Shown: one piece after another, positions 26,401-35,433 of the stretch
How positions within the stretch are numbered: the stretch's first letter is position 1
Layout of the letters: every line of letters begins with the position of its first letter
DNA from: an uncultured Bacteroidota bacterium
GTDB lineage: Bacteria > Bacteroidota > Bacteroidia > Flavobacteriales > Flavobacteriaceae
Assembly (NCBI GenBank): GCA_902514625.1
Contig: CABXRK010000003.1
Span: forward strand, 264-64,263
DNA: 64,000 nucleotides
Direction of reading: 5' to 3'
Notes under the pieces: generated by a model
What the model saw: only the letters and a program-made list of their open reading frames with translations
Databases searched by the model: none
What the model was told of the DNA's origin: nothing
Program-made: the position numbers and the translations under genes

Positions 26401-27343
26401 TCCCGTCAGGGATATTGCTATATGCAAAAAGATGTCCAACATCATAATTTGATTCTCCTATTTTTTCTGAAAGAGTTTTTTGTAAATCATTACCATAATT
26501 CGAAAATTGAGATTTATATGGTTGGCTTTCATAATCTGAATAGATTAAAGAATCAGAGGAAACTAATTCAAGATGAATTCCTAAGTCCGTTTCAAAAATG
26601 TGGTTTACCCTATTTATCGTACTAACTACAGCAGCAAATGCATCCTTTTGATTAGTGCCATTTTCATCATTATCATCTCCCCAATAGTCAGTATAGGAAG
26701 AAGTTGCTGATACTGCTATTCTAAAGGTTTTTAATTTCCTGTCCTGATTTATTATTTGTTTTTTTATTATTTTCTTGTCTGAAATTTTTCTGTTCTGATC
26801 TTTAACTCCAGATAAACAATTCAACCTATTATAAGATTCATAAATTTCATTTTTGTTTTCATAGTAAATATGTCTTTTTTTATTAGTTTTTTTTTCTGGT
26901 TGAATATATATTATTGTCTTATCCGAAATAATCATTGCACTAAGTCCTAAAGGAGAAAATGTACCTCTAATTTTAACCTCTGATCTTAAAACACTCACTC
27001 CAATAAAACTAATTATATCATCATATTTTTTTGATAAATCATATGACATGACTGATGCTTTTTGAATTTCAAATTCCTCTAATTGATTTTTCTCATTAGG
27101 AAAGTAAATTGGCATTGATTTAAAGTTATAAGAATCGGAAAACTTTAATTTCTTAAATTGTTTTTTTAGAAATTCTATGTCTAAATTTGCAAAACTAATT
27201 CTAGTCTCTTTTTTTTCTTTTGAATAGAGATCTAAAAAATCAGATTTTATATTTTTATCTAATTCCCAATAACTCTGAGCATTTGAATTTAAAATTCCAA
27301 TAAATGATACAATTAATATGTGATGTATTAATTTTGATCTCAA
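23447..27343 (-). CDS. T9SS-secreted mosaic zinc metalloprotease (reprolysin/metzincin-like catalytic domain, proprotein-convertase P-domain, TSP3-like repeats, type A C-terminal sorting domain)
   Basis: 1298 aa with a signal peptide and the metzincin motif HEVAHQFGAHH. A P-domain-like block is LNVYLSINHSYLSDLTISLISPKGKEVIL...GNWRLKIVD. A Ca-binding TSP3-like stretch is DDKDSIPNDLDNCPLIANEDQLDSNLNGIGDICD. The C-terminus (IYPNPVQDLLSI...GSYILKLNHGNSIETLKFLKK) resembles a Por/T9SS sorting tail. Confidence 0.8.
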   Translation of the reverse strand: MRSKLIHHILIVSFIGILNSNAQSYWELDKNIKSDFLDLYSKEKKETRISFANLDIEFLKKQFKKLKFSDSYNFKSMPIYFPNEKNQLEEFEIQKASVMSYDLSKKYDDIISFIGVSVLRSEVKIRGTFSPLGLSAMIISDKTIIYIQPEKKTNKKRHIYYENKNEIYESYNRLNCLSGVKDQNRKISDKKIIKKQIINQDRKLKTFRIAVSATSSYTDYWGDDNDENGTNQKDAFAAVVSTINRVNHIFETDLGIHLELVSSDSLIYSDYESQPYKSQFSNYGNDLQKTLSEKIGESNYDVGHLFAYSNIPDGSSGCIGCVCVDGQKGRGYSTHPFVDISGEGFFLNDYFDVDFVAHEVAHQFGAHHTFSYETEGTGVNVEPGSGSTLMGYAGITNKDDLQNHSDPYLHFVSIEEINKNIESKTCQTFSTISNSSPSVNAGFNTYIPIGTAYELSAIATDTDGDLITYTWEQLDSGRVNNLNYSSDLILGSINRSNPPSLSSKRVIPNMRRVLSGELTESRPGLNSDWESVSTVGRILNWGVTVRDRRTENNSPVGQIAQDKIRVTVVENSTPFKIISQNVSTTLWGTGGNEKIEWIVGESFNMPINTKTISILLSIDGGETFPIKLLSNTPNDGEAYISVPENISTSNARIKIVAENSIYFAVNLVDFKIEMRDFSFSFEELIVKSCESDTTSISFEYKNYLDFNKDVSFEILNIPNDLTYQIFPPKTSIGNTNVNIIFSDLSKLNSGNYNIILQGKAEDVSYSTSFEIQKRNSSLIPPEIISPKDDAIDQGISTIISWTSQEDADKYQFQLSENIDFEDLIIDKKNENNLYQLNDLKSQTKYFWRVRAINSCATGTFSDVYNFTTQLISCKDFDSENMPITLQDASANNIGITYANLDIPYNYEIEDLNVYLSINHSYLSDLTISLISPKGKEVILSKNIGGDKKNYVNTTFDDEAEFLISTGSPPFTGIFKPFEKLNQFKGTMSYGNWRLKIVDKESEDSGKIISFGIGLCLRGDFLPNDDKDSIPNDLDNCPLIANEDQLDSNLNGIGDICDIEDSNNFIIYKNDVTCINKNNGSITINAKAKYEYLASIVGPNGYSLNVSFSNLVLEEKNLKAGEYLICITSPSKLNFERCFTAKINEPEELGVISSINYVDQNVNFSLNGAKQFYIKINDTEINVTKSSINLALKKGLNYLEVKTDLYCQGTYKEYIFIEDESLIYPNPVQDLLSILVGGNKSEIEYSIFDLQGILLIKNRVRINNGNRKIDLKLDELITGSYILKLNHGNSIETLKFLKK

Positions 27344-27449
27344 TTTTTAATTAATTAAAATTACATTGGTTTAGTAAAGCTAAATTTAGTAGTTAAATTG
27401 CAACTAAAAAAAGCTAATTTTATATATTTATTCATCTTATGAATTGTAA

Positions 27450-27457
27450 TAAATTTG
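27450..27457 (+). promoter_or_regulatory. candidate -7 promoter box TAAATTTG for ribF
   Basis: It matches TAnnTTTG, 62 nt upstream of the ribF ATG, in a 175-nt divergent intergenic region. Confidence 0.3.
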
Positions 27458-27518
27458 TTTTTTTGGAAAGAATTTGTTTACAAAAATATTCCTTGTTTAA
27501 TAAATATAACTTTTTTTA

Positions 27519-28460
27519 ATGAAAATCATTAAAGGTCTTAATAATTACCAAGAAAAAAAACAATGTTTTTTAACTATAGGCACTTTTGACGGTGTTCATA
27601 TTGGTCATCAAAAAATAATTAAAGCTTTAGTAGAAGAAGCCCATAGCAAAAAACTTCTAGCTGTTGTTCTCACTTTTTTTCCCCATCCTAGAATAGTACT
27701 CCAAAAAAAAGACACTGTAAAACTTATTGATACAATTGATGAAAAAAAAAGTATTCTAGAAGCACTGAAAGTAGATGTCTTAGTAATTCATCCATTTTCA
27801 AAATCTTTCTCTAGATTAAGTTCAATTGAATTTACAGGAGATATTTTAGTTGGGGTTCTTAAAATTCAAAAACTTTTTATTGGTTTTGATCATAGATTTG
27901 GTAAAAACAGAGAGGCTTCAATTAATGACCTAATAGAATATGGTAATAGATTTAATTTTAAACTAAAAAAATTTGAAGCTGAATCATTGGAAATGGTTAA
28001 CATTAGCTCAACTAAAATTAGAAATTCTTTGTTAGATGGAAATATGAAATTAACAAACAAATTCTTAGGAAGGCTATTTAATTTAAATGGAACAATAATT
28101 ATGGGAGATGGATTAGGAAGAAAAATTGGTTTTCCTACTGCTAATATAAGTGTAAAAGAAACTTATAAAATTTTACCTAAAAATGGAGTTTATTTTGTTC
28201 ATTCATTTATTGAAAGAAAAAAAATTTTTGGCATGATGAATATTGGAATTAGACCTACAGTGGATGGAAAAAATAAAAGTATTGAAGTTCATTTTTTTAA
28301 TTTTAATAAAATATTGTATACAAAAAAAATTAATGTTTTTTTTCATCTAAAAATTAGAGATGAAATAAAGTTTAATTCTATAAAAGAACTTAAAATTCAG
28401 TTAAAAAAAGACAAAATAACCTGCATTGAACTTACAAAAAAGAATAACCTGGAAATTTAA
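27519..28460 (+). CDS. ribF: bifunctional riboflavin kinase / FAD synthetase
   Basis: 313 aa. The nucleotidyltransferase motif is GTFDGVHIGHQKII. The C-terminal kinase block is GFPTANI. Confidence 0.9.
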   Translation: MKIIKGLNNYQEKKQCFLTIGTFDGVHIGHQKIIKALVEEAHSKKLLAVVLTFFPHPRIVLQKKDTVKLIDTIDEKKSILEALKVDVLVIHPFSKSFSRLSSIEFTGDILVGVLKIQKLFIGFDHRFGKNREASINDLIEYGNRFNFKLKKFEAESLEMVNISSTKIRNSLLDGNMKLTNKFLGRLFNLNGTIIMGDGLGRKIGFPTANISVKETYKILPKNGVYFVHSFIERKKIFGMMNIGIRPTVDGKNKSIEVHFFNFNKILYTKKINVFFHLKIRDEIKFNSIKELKIQLKKDKITCIELTKKNNLEI

Positions 28461-28494
28461 ATCAATACATTTGCAATAAAATAGAAAATAATTC

Positions 28495-29769
28495 ATGTTA
28501 CAATTAAACTTTATTAGAGAAAATAAAAAGGATGTCATTTCTGGTCTTAAAAAAAGAGGATTTAATAATTTCGATTTAATAGAAAATATTCTATGTCAGG
28601 ATGATTTAAGGAAAAAAACTCAAGCTATTTTAGATGATCAACTTTCCAAAGCAAATTTGATAGCCAAAAAAATTGGTTTATTATTAAAATCTGGAGAAAA
28701 GGAAAAAGCTGAAATTCTTAAATCCAAATCTATAGATATTAAAAAAAATAATAAAGAATTAGAGGAAACTCTGAACAAAATAGAAGATGAATTAACTCAG
28801 CTTAGATACCAAATTCCTAATGTACCAAACAAAATTGTGATTAAAGGCTTTTCTGAAAAAGATAATCAGGAAATAGAGAAATTTGGAAAGTTTCCCAAAT
28901 TAAATCAAAGTAATTGTCTCCCCCATTGGGAATTAGCAAAAAAATATAATTTAATTGATTTCGATCTTGGAAGTAAAATTACTGGTGCAGGATTCCCAGT
29001 TTATATTGATAAAGGAGCTAAATTACAAAGAGCCTTAATAAATTATTTTTTAGACAAAAATATTTCAAACGGATATAAAGAAATTCAAGCGCCATATCTG
29101 GTTAACGAAGAATCTGGAATCGGTACTGGTCAATTACCTGATAAAGACGGTCAGATGTATCATATAATTAAAGATGATCTATATCTCATTCCTACTGCTG
29201 AAGTCCCACTCACTAACATTTTTAGAAATGAAATTATAGAAGAGAAAGATCTCCCTATTTGCTTAACTGGATACACTCCCTGCTTTAGAAGAGAAGCAGG
29301 AAGTTATGGATCTGATGTTAGGGGATTAAATAGATTACATCAATTCGATAAAGTTGAAGTAATCAGAATTGAAGCTCCTGGAAATTCTGAAATTGCTCTT
29401 AAAAAAATGATTCAACTAGTCAAAAAAATTCTACTTGAACTTAAATTACACTCAAGAATTGTAAGGCTTTGCGGAGGAGATTTAGGGTTTACATCTTCAA
29501 TTACTTATGATTTTGAAGTTTTTTCAGCAGCACAAAAAAAATGGTTAGAAGTTAGTTCTGTATCAAATTTTAATAATTTTCAAGCAGAAAGATTAAAACT
29601 TCGGTATCGTAAAAAAAGTGGTTTGAAAAATTTAGTTCATACATTAAATGGAAGTTCACTAGCTCTTCCAAGAGTAATTGCGGCTTTATTAGAAAACAAT
29701 CAAACTAAAGATGGAATAGTTATACCTAAAACTTTAGTGCCTTATACTGGTTTCGATTTGATTTCATAA
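28495..29769 (+). CDS. serS: serine--tRNA ligase
   Basis: 424 aa. It has an N-terminal coiled-coil arm and class II motifs including TGYTPCFRREAGSYG and LNGSSLALPRVIAALLEN. Confidence 0.95.
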   Translation: MLQLNFIRENKKDVISGLKKRGFNNFDLIENILCQDDLRKKTQAILDDQLSKANLIAKKIGLLLKSGEKEKAEILKSKSIDIKKNNKELEETLNKIEDELTQLRYQIPNVPNKIVIKGFSEKDNQEIEKFGKFPKLNQSNCLPHWELAKKYNLIDFDLGSKITGAGFPVYIDKGAKLQRALINYFLDKNISNGYKEIQAPYLVNEESGIGTGQLPDKDGQMYHIIKDDLYLIPTAEVPLTNIFRNEIIEEKDLPICLTGYTPCFRREAGSYGSDVRGLNRLHQFDKVEVIRIEAPGNSEIALKKMIQLVKKILLELKLHSRIVRLCGGDLGFTSSITYDFEVFSAAQKKWLEVSSVSNFNNFQAERLKLRYRKKSGLKNLVHTLNGSSLALPRVIAALLENNQTKDGIVIPKTLVPYTGFDLIS

Positions 29770-29773
29770 AATC

Positions 29774-30559
29774 ATGGACTCAATCAGACCAAAAAAAAGG
29801 CTAGGACAACACTTTCTTAAAGATAAAAACATAGCAAAAAAAATTGTCGAAAGACTAAATTTTAATAATTATGATAGAGTTATAGAAATTGGTCCAGGAA
29901 AAGGAATGCTCACTCAATTTTTTTCTCGAAAAAAAACGTTTTATTTAATTGAAATTGATAAAGAAGCAGTAGATTATCTTAAAAAAAAATTTAAATATCT
30001 ATCTAAAAGAATAATCTATGGTGATTTTTTGAAAATTGATCTTAGTATAATAATTAACAAAAAACCCATCGCTATTATTGGAAATTTTCCGTTCAATATT
30101 TCAACTCAAATTTTATTTAAACTCCTAGAATATAAAGAATATATCCCATTTTTATGTGGAATGTTCCAAAAAGAAGTTGCAGAAAGAGTCTGTGAAAAAT
30201 GCGGATCAAAAAAATACGGAATTATTTCTGTTTTGATTCAAACTTTTTATGAACCCTCATTTGTTCTAGATGTTCCTCCTAAATTATTTAATCCTATTCC
30301 TAAAGTTAATTCCAAAGTTATTGAACTAAGAAGAAAAGAAAATATAACTTTGCCATGTGAAGAAAAGCTTTTTTTTAAAGTAGTAAAGTTAAGTTTCCAA
30401 CAAAGAAGGAAAACTATAAGAAATAGCTTAAAATCATTACAATTAGGAAAAGATATTACTGATGCTAGTATTTTTGATTTAAGACCAGAAAAACTTTCAA
30501 ACAGTGATTTTATTAGATTGACTGAAATAATTCAAAATGACAAGATTTCAAATAAATAA
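29774..30559 (+). CDS. rsmA: 16S rRNA (adenine1518/1519-N6)-dimethyltransferase
   Basis: 261 aa. Motifs are LGQHFLKDKNIAKKIV, the SAM motif VIEIGPGKG, and GNFPFNIST. Confidence 0.9.
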   Translation: MDSIRPKKRLGQHFLKDKNIAKKIVERLNFNNYDRVIEIGPGKGMLTQFFSRKKTFYLIEIDKEAVDYLKKKFKYLSKRIIYGDFLKIDLSIIINKKPIAIIGNFPFNISTQILFKLLEYKEYIPFLCGMFQKEVAERVCEKCGSKKYGIISVLIQTFYEPSFVLDVPPKLFNPIPKVNSKVIELRRKENITLPCEEKLFFKVVKLSFQQRRKTIRNSLKSLQLGKDITDASIFDLRPEKLSNSDFIRLTEIIQNDKISNK

Positions 30560-31895
30560 AGAAAAAATTAGTAAAATTGAAAAATTAATAGAGATAAAAA
30601 ATGAAAAACTATTAATTAGAAATTTAGAAAATCTCCATTATGCTGATATTGCTGAAATTATTGAAGAATTAACAATTCCTAAAGCTACTTATTTAATAAA
30701 ATTATTAGAAAGTGATAAAACCGCTGATGCACTTGCTGAAGTTGATGAAGATTTTAGAGAAAAAATTCTTAATAAACTTTCCTCAAAAGAGATTGCTAAT
30801 GAAATTCAAGAATTAGACACTGATGATGCAGCTGATTTAATAGCTGAACTACCTGAGGATAGAAAAGAACAAGTGATGTCTGAGATATCTGATTCAGATC
30901 ACCTTGAAGATATTCGTGAATTATTAACGTACGAGGAAAATACAGCAGGTAGTTTAATGGCAAAAGAATTAGTTAAAGTTGAGGAAGATTTAAGTATTTT
31001 AAATTGTGTAAAAGAGATGAGAACTCAAGCTTTACAGGTCACAAGAGTCCACTCAATTTATGTAGTAAATTCAAAAAACAAATTATTAGGAAGACTTTCT
31101 CTTAAAGATTTACTCACCGCTAATTCTAAATCTAAAATACAAGATATATATATTCCCAAGGTTGATTTTGTTTATGTTAACCAAGAAGCTGAAGAAGTTG
31201 CCAAGATAATGTCAAAGTATGATTTGGCTGCTATTCCAGTAGTTAACAATAAAAAAGAATTGTTAGGTAGAATTACAATCGATGATATTTTAGATTTAAT
31301 AAAAGAAGAGGCAGATAAAGATTATCAACTTGCTGCAGGGATATCAAATGATATAGAAGCTGATGATAATATCCTGGATCATACTAAAGCTCGATTACCG
31401 TGGCTTTTCCTTGGCTTAATTGGAGGATTAGGTAGTGTTTTTATACTTCAAGATTTTGAAAAACTCATGAACGAACCACAATTAAGAAGTTTGTTCTTTT
31501 ATACTCCTTTAATTGCAGCAATGGCTGGAAACGTTGGAGTCCAATCTTCAGCAATAATTGTCCAAGGGATTGCTAATGATGTTTTAAAAGGTTCTCTTTG
31601 GTCAAGACTATTAAAAGAAATAAGTCTTAGTTTAATTAATGGGTTTATCCTTGCAATACTTTTAATTTTATTCGGATTATTAATAAATCAAGACCTATTT
31701 ATAAGTTTCACTGTAGCAATTTCAATGATGGGAGTAATAACAATTGCTGCTTTAATTGGAACTTTTGTGCCAATTCTGCTCAATAAAAGAGGAATTGATC
31801 CTGCTATAGCGACTGGACCTTTTATAACTACATCCAATGATATTTTTGGAATTTTTCTTTTCTTCTATTTAGCTCAAATTATTCTAGAATTTTAA
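30537..31895 (+). CDS. mgtE: magnesium transporter MgtE
   Basis: 452 aa. It has an acidic MgtE N-domain, a CBS pair, and a C-terminal 5-TM domain with PFITTSNDI. It overlaps the end of rsmA by 23 nt. Confidence 0.9.
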   Translation: MTRFQINKEKISKIEKLIEIKNEKLLIRNLENLHYADIAEIIEELTIPKATYLIKLLESDKTADALAEVDEDFREKILNKLSSKEIANEIQELDTDDAADLIAELPEDRKEQVMSEISDSDHLEDIRELLTYEENTAGSLMAKELVKVEEDLSILNCVKEMRTQALQVTRVHSIYVVNSKNKLLGRLSLKDLLTANSKSKIQDIYIPKVDFVYVNQEAEEVAKIMSKYDLAAIPVVNNKKELLGRITIDDILDLIKEEADKDYQLAAGISNDIEADDNILDHTKARLPWLFLGLIGGLGSVFILQDFEKLMNEPQLRSLFFYTPLIAAMAGNVGVQSSAIIVQGIANDVLKGSLWSRLLKEISLSLINGFILAILLILFGLLINQDLFISFTVAISMMGVITIAALIGTFVPILLNKRGIDPAIATGPFITTSNDIFGIFLFFYLAQIILEF

Positions 31896-31902
31896 AATTT
31901 TT

Positions 31903-32856
31903 ATGAAAATAATTCATATAGATGAAAATCATCCTATCCTGTTAGAGTCTTTAAATGAAATAGGCCATCAAAATATTATCGCTTACAAATTATCCAAAAA
32001 AAAAATATCATCTATAATTGCTCAATTTGATGGGATAGTGATTAGAAGTAGATTTAATATTGATAAAAATTTTATTTCAAAAACAAAAAACTTAAACTTT
32101 ATAGCAAGAGTTGGATCAGGATTAGAAAACATTGATGTTGATGCTGCAAAAGAAAAAGGGATTATTCTATTGTCTGCTCCTGAAGGAAATAGTAATGCTG
32201 TAGGAGAACATGCAATTGGAATGTTATTGTCTATGTTAAATAAAATAAGAGCTGCCCATAATAGTATTCAAAATGGAAATTGGTTAAGAGAACAACACCG
32301 TGGATATGAAATAAACGGCAAAGTTATAGGAATTATTGGATATGGAAATACTGGCAGAAGTTTTGCTAAAAAATTAAAAGGATTCCAAGTGAAAGTTATT
32401 TTTCATGACATTCAACCTTTTGGAAATGATATTTTTGCCAAACAAGTTTCTTTAAAAGAAATTCAAAATAAATCAGATATCATTAGTCTTCATGTTCCAG
32501 AAAACAAGCAAAGTATAAATATGATTAACAAAAAATTTATTCAAAAAATGAAAAAACCTTTTTGGCTTGTTAATACTTCTAGAGGTAAAATTATTGTCAC
32601 TAAAGATTTAATATGGGGTATTAAAAATAATTATATATTAGGAGCTGGTTTAGATGTTTTAGAATATGAATCAAGCTCTTTCGAGAAAATCTATTCAACT
32701 AAAGAGAAAGATTTTTCATTTCTTCTAAAATCTAACAAAGTTCTTTTGACTCCTCATATTGCAGGCTGGACGTTTGAAAGTCATAGAAAACTAGCTGAAA
32801 TAATTATAAAAAAAATTTCTAAATTAAAAAATACTCATTCATCTAATACTAATTGA
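31903..32856 (+). CDS. D-isomer-specific 2-hydroxyacid dehydrogenase family protein (phosphoglycerate dehydrogenase-like)
   Basis: 317 aa. The NAD motif is GIIGYGNTGRSFAKKL. The catalytic-region block is LLTPHIAGWT. Confidence 0.8.
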   Translation: MKIIHIDENHPILLESLNEIGHQNIIAYKLSKKKISSIIAQFDGIVIRSRFNIDKNFISKTKNLNFIARVGSGLENIDVDAAKEKGIILLSAPEGNSNAVGEHAIGMLLSMLNKIRAAHNSIQNGNWLREQHRGYEINGKVIGIIGYGNTGRSFAKKLKGFQVKVIFHDIQPFGNDIFAKQVSLKEIQNKSDIISLHVPENKQSINMINKKFIQKMKKPFWLVNTSRGKIIVTKDLIWGIKNNYILGAGLDVLEYESSSFEKIYSTKEKDFSFLLKSNKVLLTPHIAGWTFESHRKLAEIIIKKISKLKNTHSSNTN

Positions 32857-34091
32857 ATTGTATTCTGATCTCTTTGCTCTAACAGAATATTAGAATTATT
32901 TTTATTTATTGATTTTAAAGATGTCGAATTAAAATGACGAATTGTACGTAATGTAACACCTTCATATACATTAACATTATATTTTGATCTTAAGTTATAT
33001 TCTAATTCATCCAAATTATCATATTTATTACTTACACAAACAGAAAAACTTATAGCGGAATTTTGAATTAATTCAACTCTCATTTTGAATTTATGCAACA
33101 GTAGAAAAATATCACTAATATTTTCTTCAACAATAAAAGAAAAATCCAGGGAAGATAAACGAAGTAAAACTTGATTTTTCTTTATAATAAAGCAAGGAAC
33201 TATTGGCTTCATTTTCGCTCCTTTAGATACAATAGTCCCTTTTTTTGAAGGATTTAAAAATGATCTTACATTTAAAGGAATCTCTTTTCTTTGTAAGGGT
33301 TGTAATGTTTTTGGATGAATAACTGAAGCTCCATAAAAAGCTAATTCTATAGCTTCTTGATAAGAAATTCTGTTTAGTAATATTGTTTTTTTAAAATATC
33401 TTGGATCAGCATTAAGCACTCCATCAACATCTTTCCAAATAGTTACAAATTCTGCATTTAAAACATAAGCAAATATGGCAGCAGAATAGTCTGATCCCTC
33501 CCTGCCAAGAGTAGTACTGAAATTATTGTTATCACTACCGATAAACCCTTGAGTAATATAAACATTTTTTATATCTATATTAATTAAAATTTTTTCTTTT
33601 GAAAGTTCCCAATTTAAATTAGCATCTCTATAATAATTATCAGTTTTAATAAGTTTTCTAGCATCTAACCAAATATTATTTATTCCTGAATAATTTAAAT
33701 AATTACTCAAAATAGTTGTAGAAATAATTTCTCCTAAACTAACAACTTGGTCATAAATAAAATTATAATCTGGTGATTTATTTGTTTGAAAAAAATGTTT
33801 TAATTCCTCAAAAATTTTTTGAATTTCAAGAGCAATAAATGTGTAATCTGAATCATAAAGTTTATTAATAATATCCAAATGAAATTTAAGTAATTTTAAT
33901 ATGCTATTTTGCATATTAGAAGAATCTTCCATGTACTCTCTAACAATTTGTTCCAAAGCATTAGTTGTTTTTCCAAAAGCAGAAACTACAATTAAAGTTT
34001 CATTATATCCAACTTCTTTTAGAACTTTTATAACATTTTTAATGCCCTCAGCATCTTTTACTGAAGCTCCCCCAAACTTAAATACTTTCAT
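32835..34091 (-). CDS. lysC: aspartate kinase
   Basis: 418 aa. The N-terminus is MKVFKFGGASV. It has an amino-acid kinase core and a C-terminal ACT-like region. Its 3' end overlaps the convergent dehydrogenase gene by 22 nt. Confidence 0.9.
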   Translation of the reverse strand: MKVFKFGGASVKDAEGIKNVIKVLKEVGYNETLIVVSAFGKTTNALEQIVREYMEDSSNMQNSILKLLKFHLDIINKLYDSDYTFIALEIQKIFEELKHFFQTNKSPDYNFIYDQVVSLGEIISTTILSNYLNYSGINNIWLDARKLIKTDNYYRDANLNWELSKEKILINIDIKNVYITQGFIGSDNNNFSTTLGREGSDYSAAIFAYVLNAEFVTIWKDVDGVLNADPRYFKKTILLNRISYQEAIELAFYGASVIHPKTLQPLQRKEIPLNVRSFLNPSKKGTIVSKGAKMKPIVPCFIIKKNQVLLRLSSLDFSFIVEENISDIFLLLHKFKMRVELIQNSAISFSVCVSNKYDNLDELEYNLRSKYNVNVYEGVTLRTIRHFNSTSLKSINKNNSNILLEQRDQNTIQLVLDE

Positions 34092-34094
34092 TAT

Positions 34095-34574
34095 CTATTT
34101 CTTCAGATATTTTTTCATGGTTTCAAATTCCATTTGAACAGTTTTCCAATCATTTAAAATTTTTGCTCCACTTTGATTATAAAAATTTATTGCACTTTTG
34201 TTCCAATCAAGTACTACCCATTCAATCCTTCTAACTTTTTCTTTATAAGCATATTCTATAAATTTATTATATAAAGCTTTTCCTATTCCCTTAGATTGCC
34301 ATTTATTTTTTACAATCAAATCTTCTAAATGTAATGTCCTTCCTCTCCAAGTGGAATACCTAAAATAAAAGAATGCCATGCCTATAATTTTATTATTAAT
34401 CTCGGCAACAAAACATTTAAATAAGGGATCATTCCCAAAACCGTCTTTTTCTAGATCTTTTACTGAAAGGACAACTTTATCTGGACTTTTTTCAAATAAT
34501 GCCAATTCTTTAATCAGTTCTAAAACTGAAGGCATATCATTTTTTGTTGCGCTCCTAATAATTAACTCATTCAT
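34095..34574 (-). CDS. GNAT family N-acetyltransferase
   Basis: 159 aa. The acetyl-CoA binding block is WQSKGIGKALYNKFIEYA. It lies 3 nt upstream of lysC. Confidence 0.8.
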   Translation of the reverse strand: MNELIIRSATKNDMPSVLELIKELALFEKSPDKVVLSVKDLEKDGFGNDPLFKCFVAEINNKIIGMAFFYFRYSTWRGRTLHLEDLIVKNKWQSKGIGKALYNKFIEYAYKEKVRRIEWVVLDWNKSAINFYNQSGAKILNDWKTVQMEFETMKKYLKK

Positions 34575-34659
34575 AATTTAAAACAAAAATATAATTTAGA
34601 ATTAAGACAAATGATTTTATTTAATAATATCACATTTTAAACAAAGAGTGTGAATTTTA

Positions 34660-35433
34660 TTATAAAATTAAATCACTTATTATATTTATAACGAAATCCG
34701 GGTTGTCAACGTGAAGCCAATGACCAGAATCAGGAACAGTAATAATTTTAGAATTAGGGAAAAGCTTTAAAATTCTTTTTGAATCATTTTCATCAATATA
34801 ATTGGAATTTTGACCCTTTAAAAAAATAGTCTCATTTAAAAAAATATTATTACTATTAATTTCACTAATGAGCTCATTTCTGCAATTTTTTAAGACCTCT
34901 ATATTTAATTTTAAAGCTAATTTACCAGGTGATTTCCAATATAAATTTTTCATTAAAAATTGAACGATTCCATAATTATCAATAAAATTAATTAAATGAT
35001 TTTCAACTTGAATTCTATTTTTTATTTTAATAAAATCGAGTGAATCCAAAGCTTTTAAAATTATTTCATAATTAAATACATATTTTTTCGGAGAGATATC
35101 TACTATTATAAGCTTATAAATTTTATTGTTTCCATCCAATGCATATTTCATAGCTACTTTGCCTCCCATAGAATGTCCAATAATAATTGGATTGTAAATT
35201 TTATTTTTAATTAAATATTTTTCTAAATCACTAGCTAAAACTTTATAATTAAATTTATTATCCCAAAAGCTTTTTCCGTGATTTCTTTGATCAATAAGAT
35301 GAACACAAACACCTAATTCAGAAATTTTTTTACCAACTGATTTCCAATTGTCCCCCATTCCAAGAAATCCATGTAAGATTATTAAATGTTTATTACTTTC
35401 ACCTATAACATTTGAGTTTAAGAAGGGCATCAT
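34660..35433 (-). CDS. alpha/beta hydrolase
   Basis: 257 aa. It has an HGFLG oxyanion region, the nucleophile elbow GHSMGG, and a C-terminal GHWLHVD. Confidence 0.8.
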   Translation of the reverse strand: MMPFLNSNVIGESNKHLIILHGFLGMGDNWKSVGKKISELGVCVHLIDQRNHGKSFWDNKFNYKVLASDLEKYLIKNKIYNPIIIGHSMGGKVAMKYALDGNNKIYKLIIVDISPKKYVFNYEIILKALDSLDFIKIKNRIQVENHLINFIDNYGIVQFLMKNLYWKSPGKLALKLNIEVLKNCRNELISEINSNNIFLNETIFLKGQNSNYIDENDSKRILKLFPNSKIITVPDSGHWLHVDNPDFVINIISDLIL

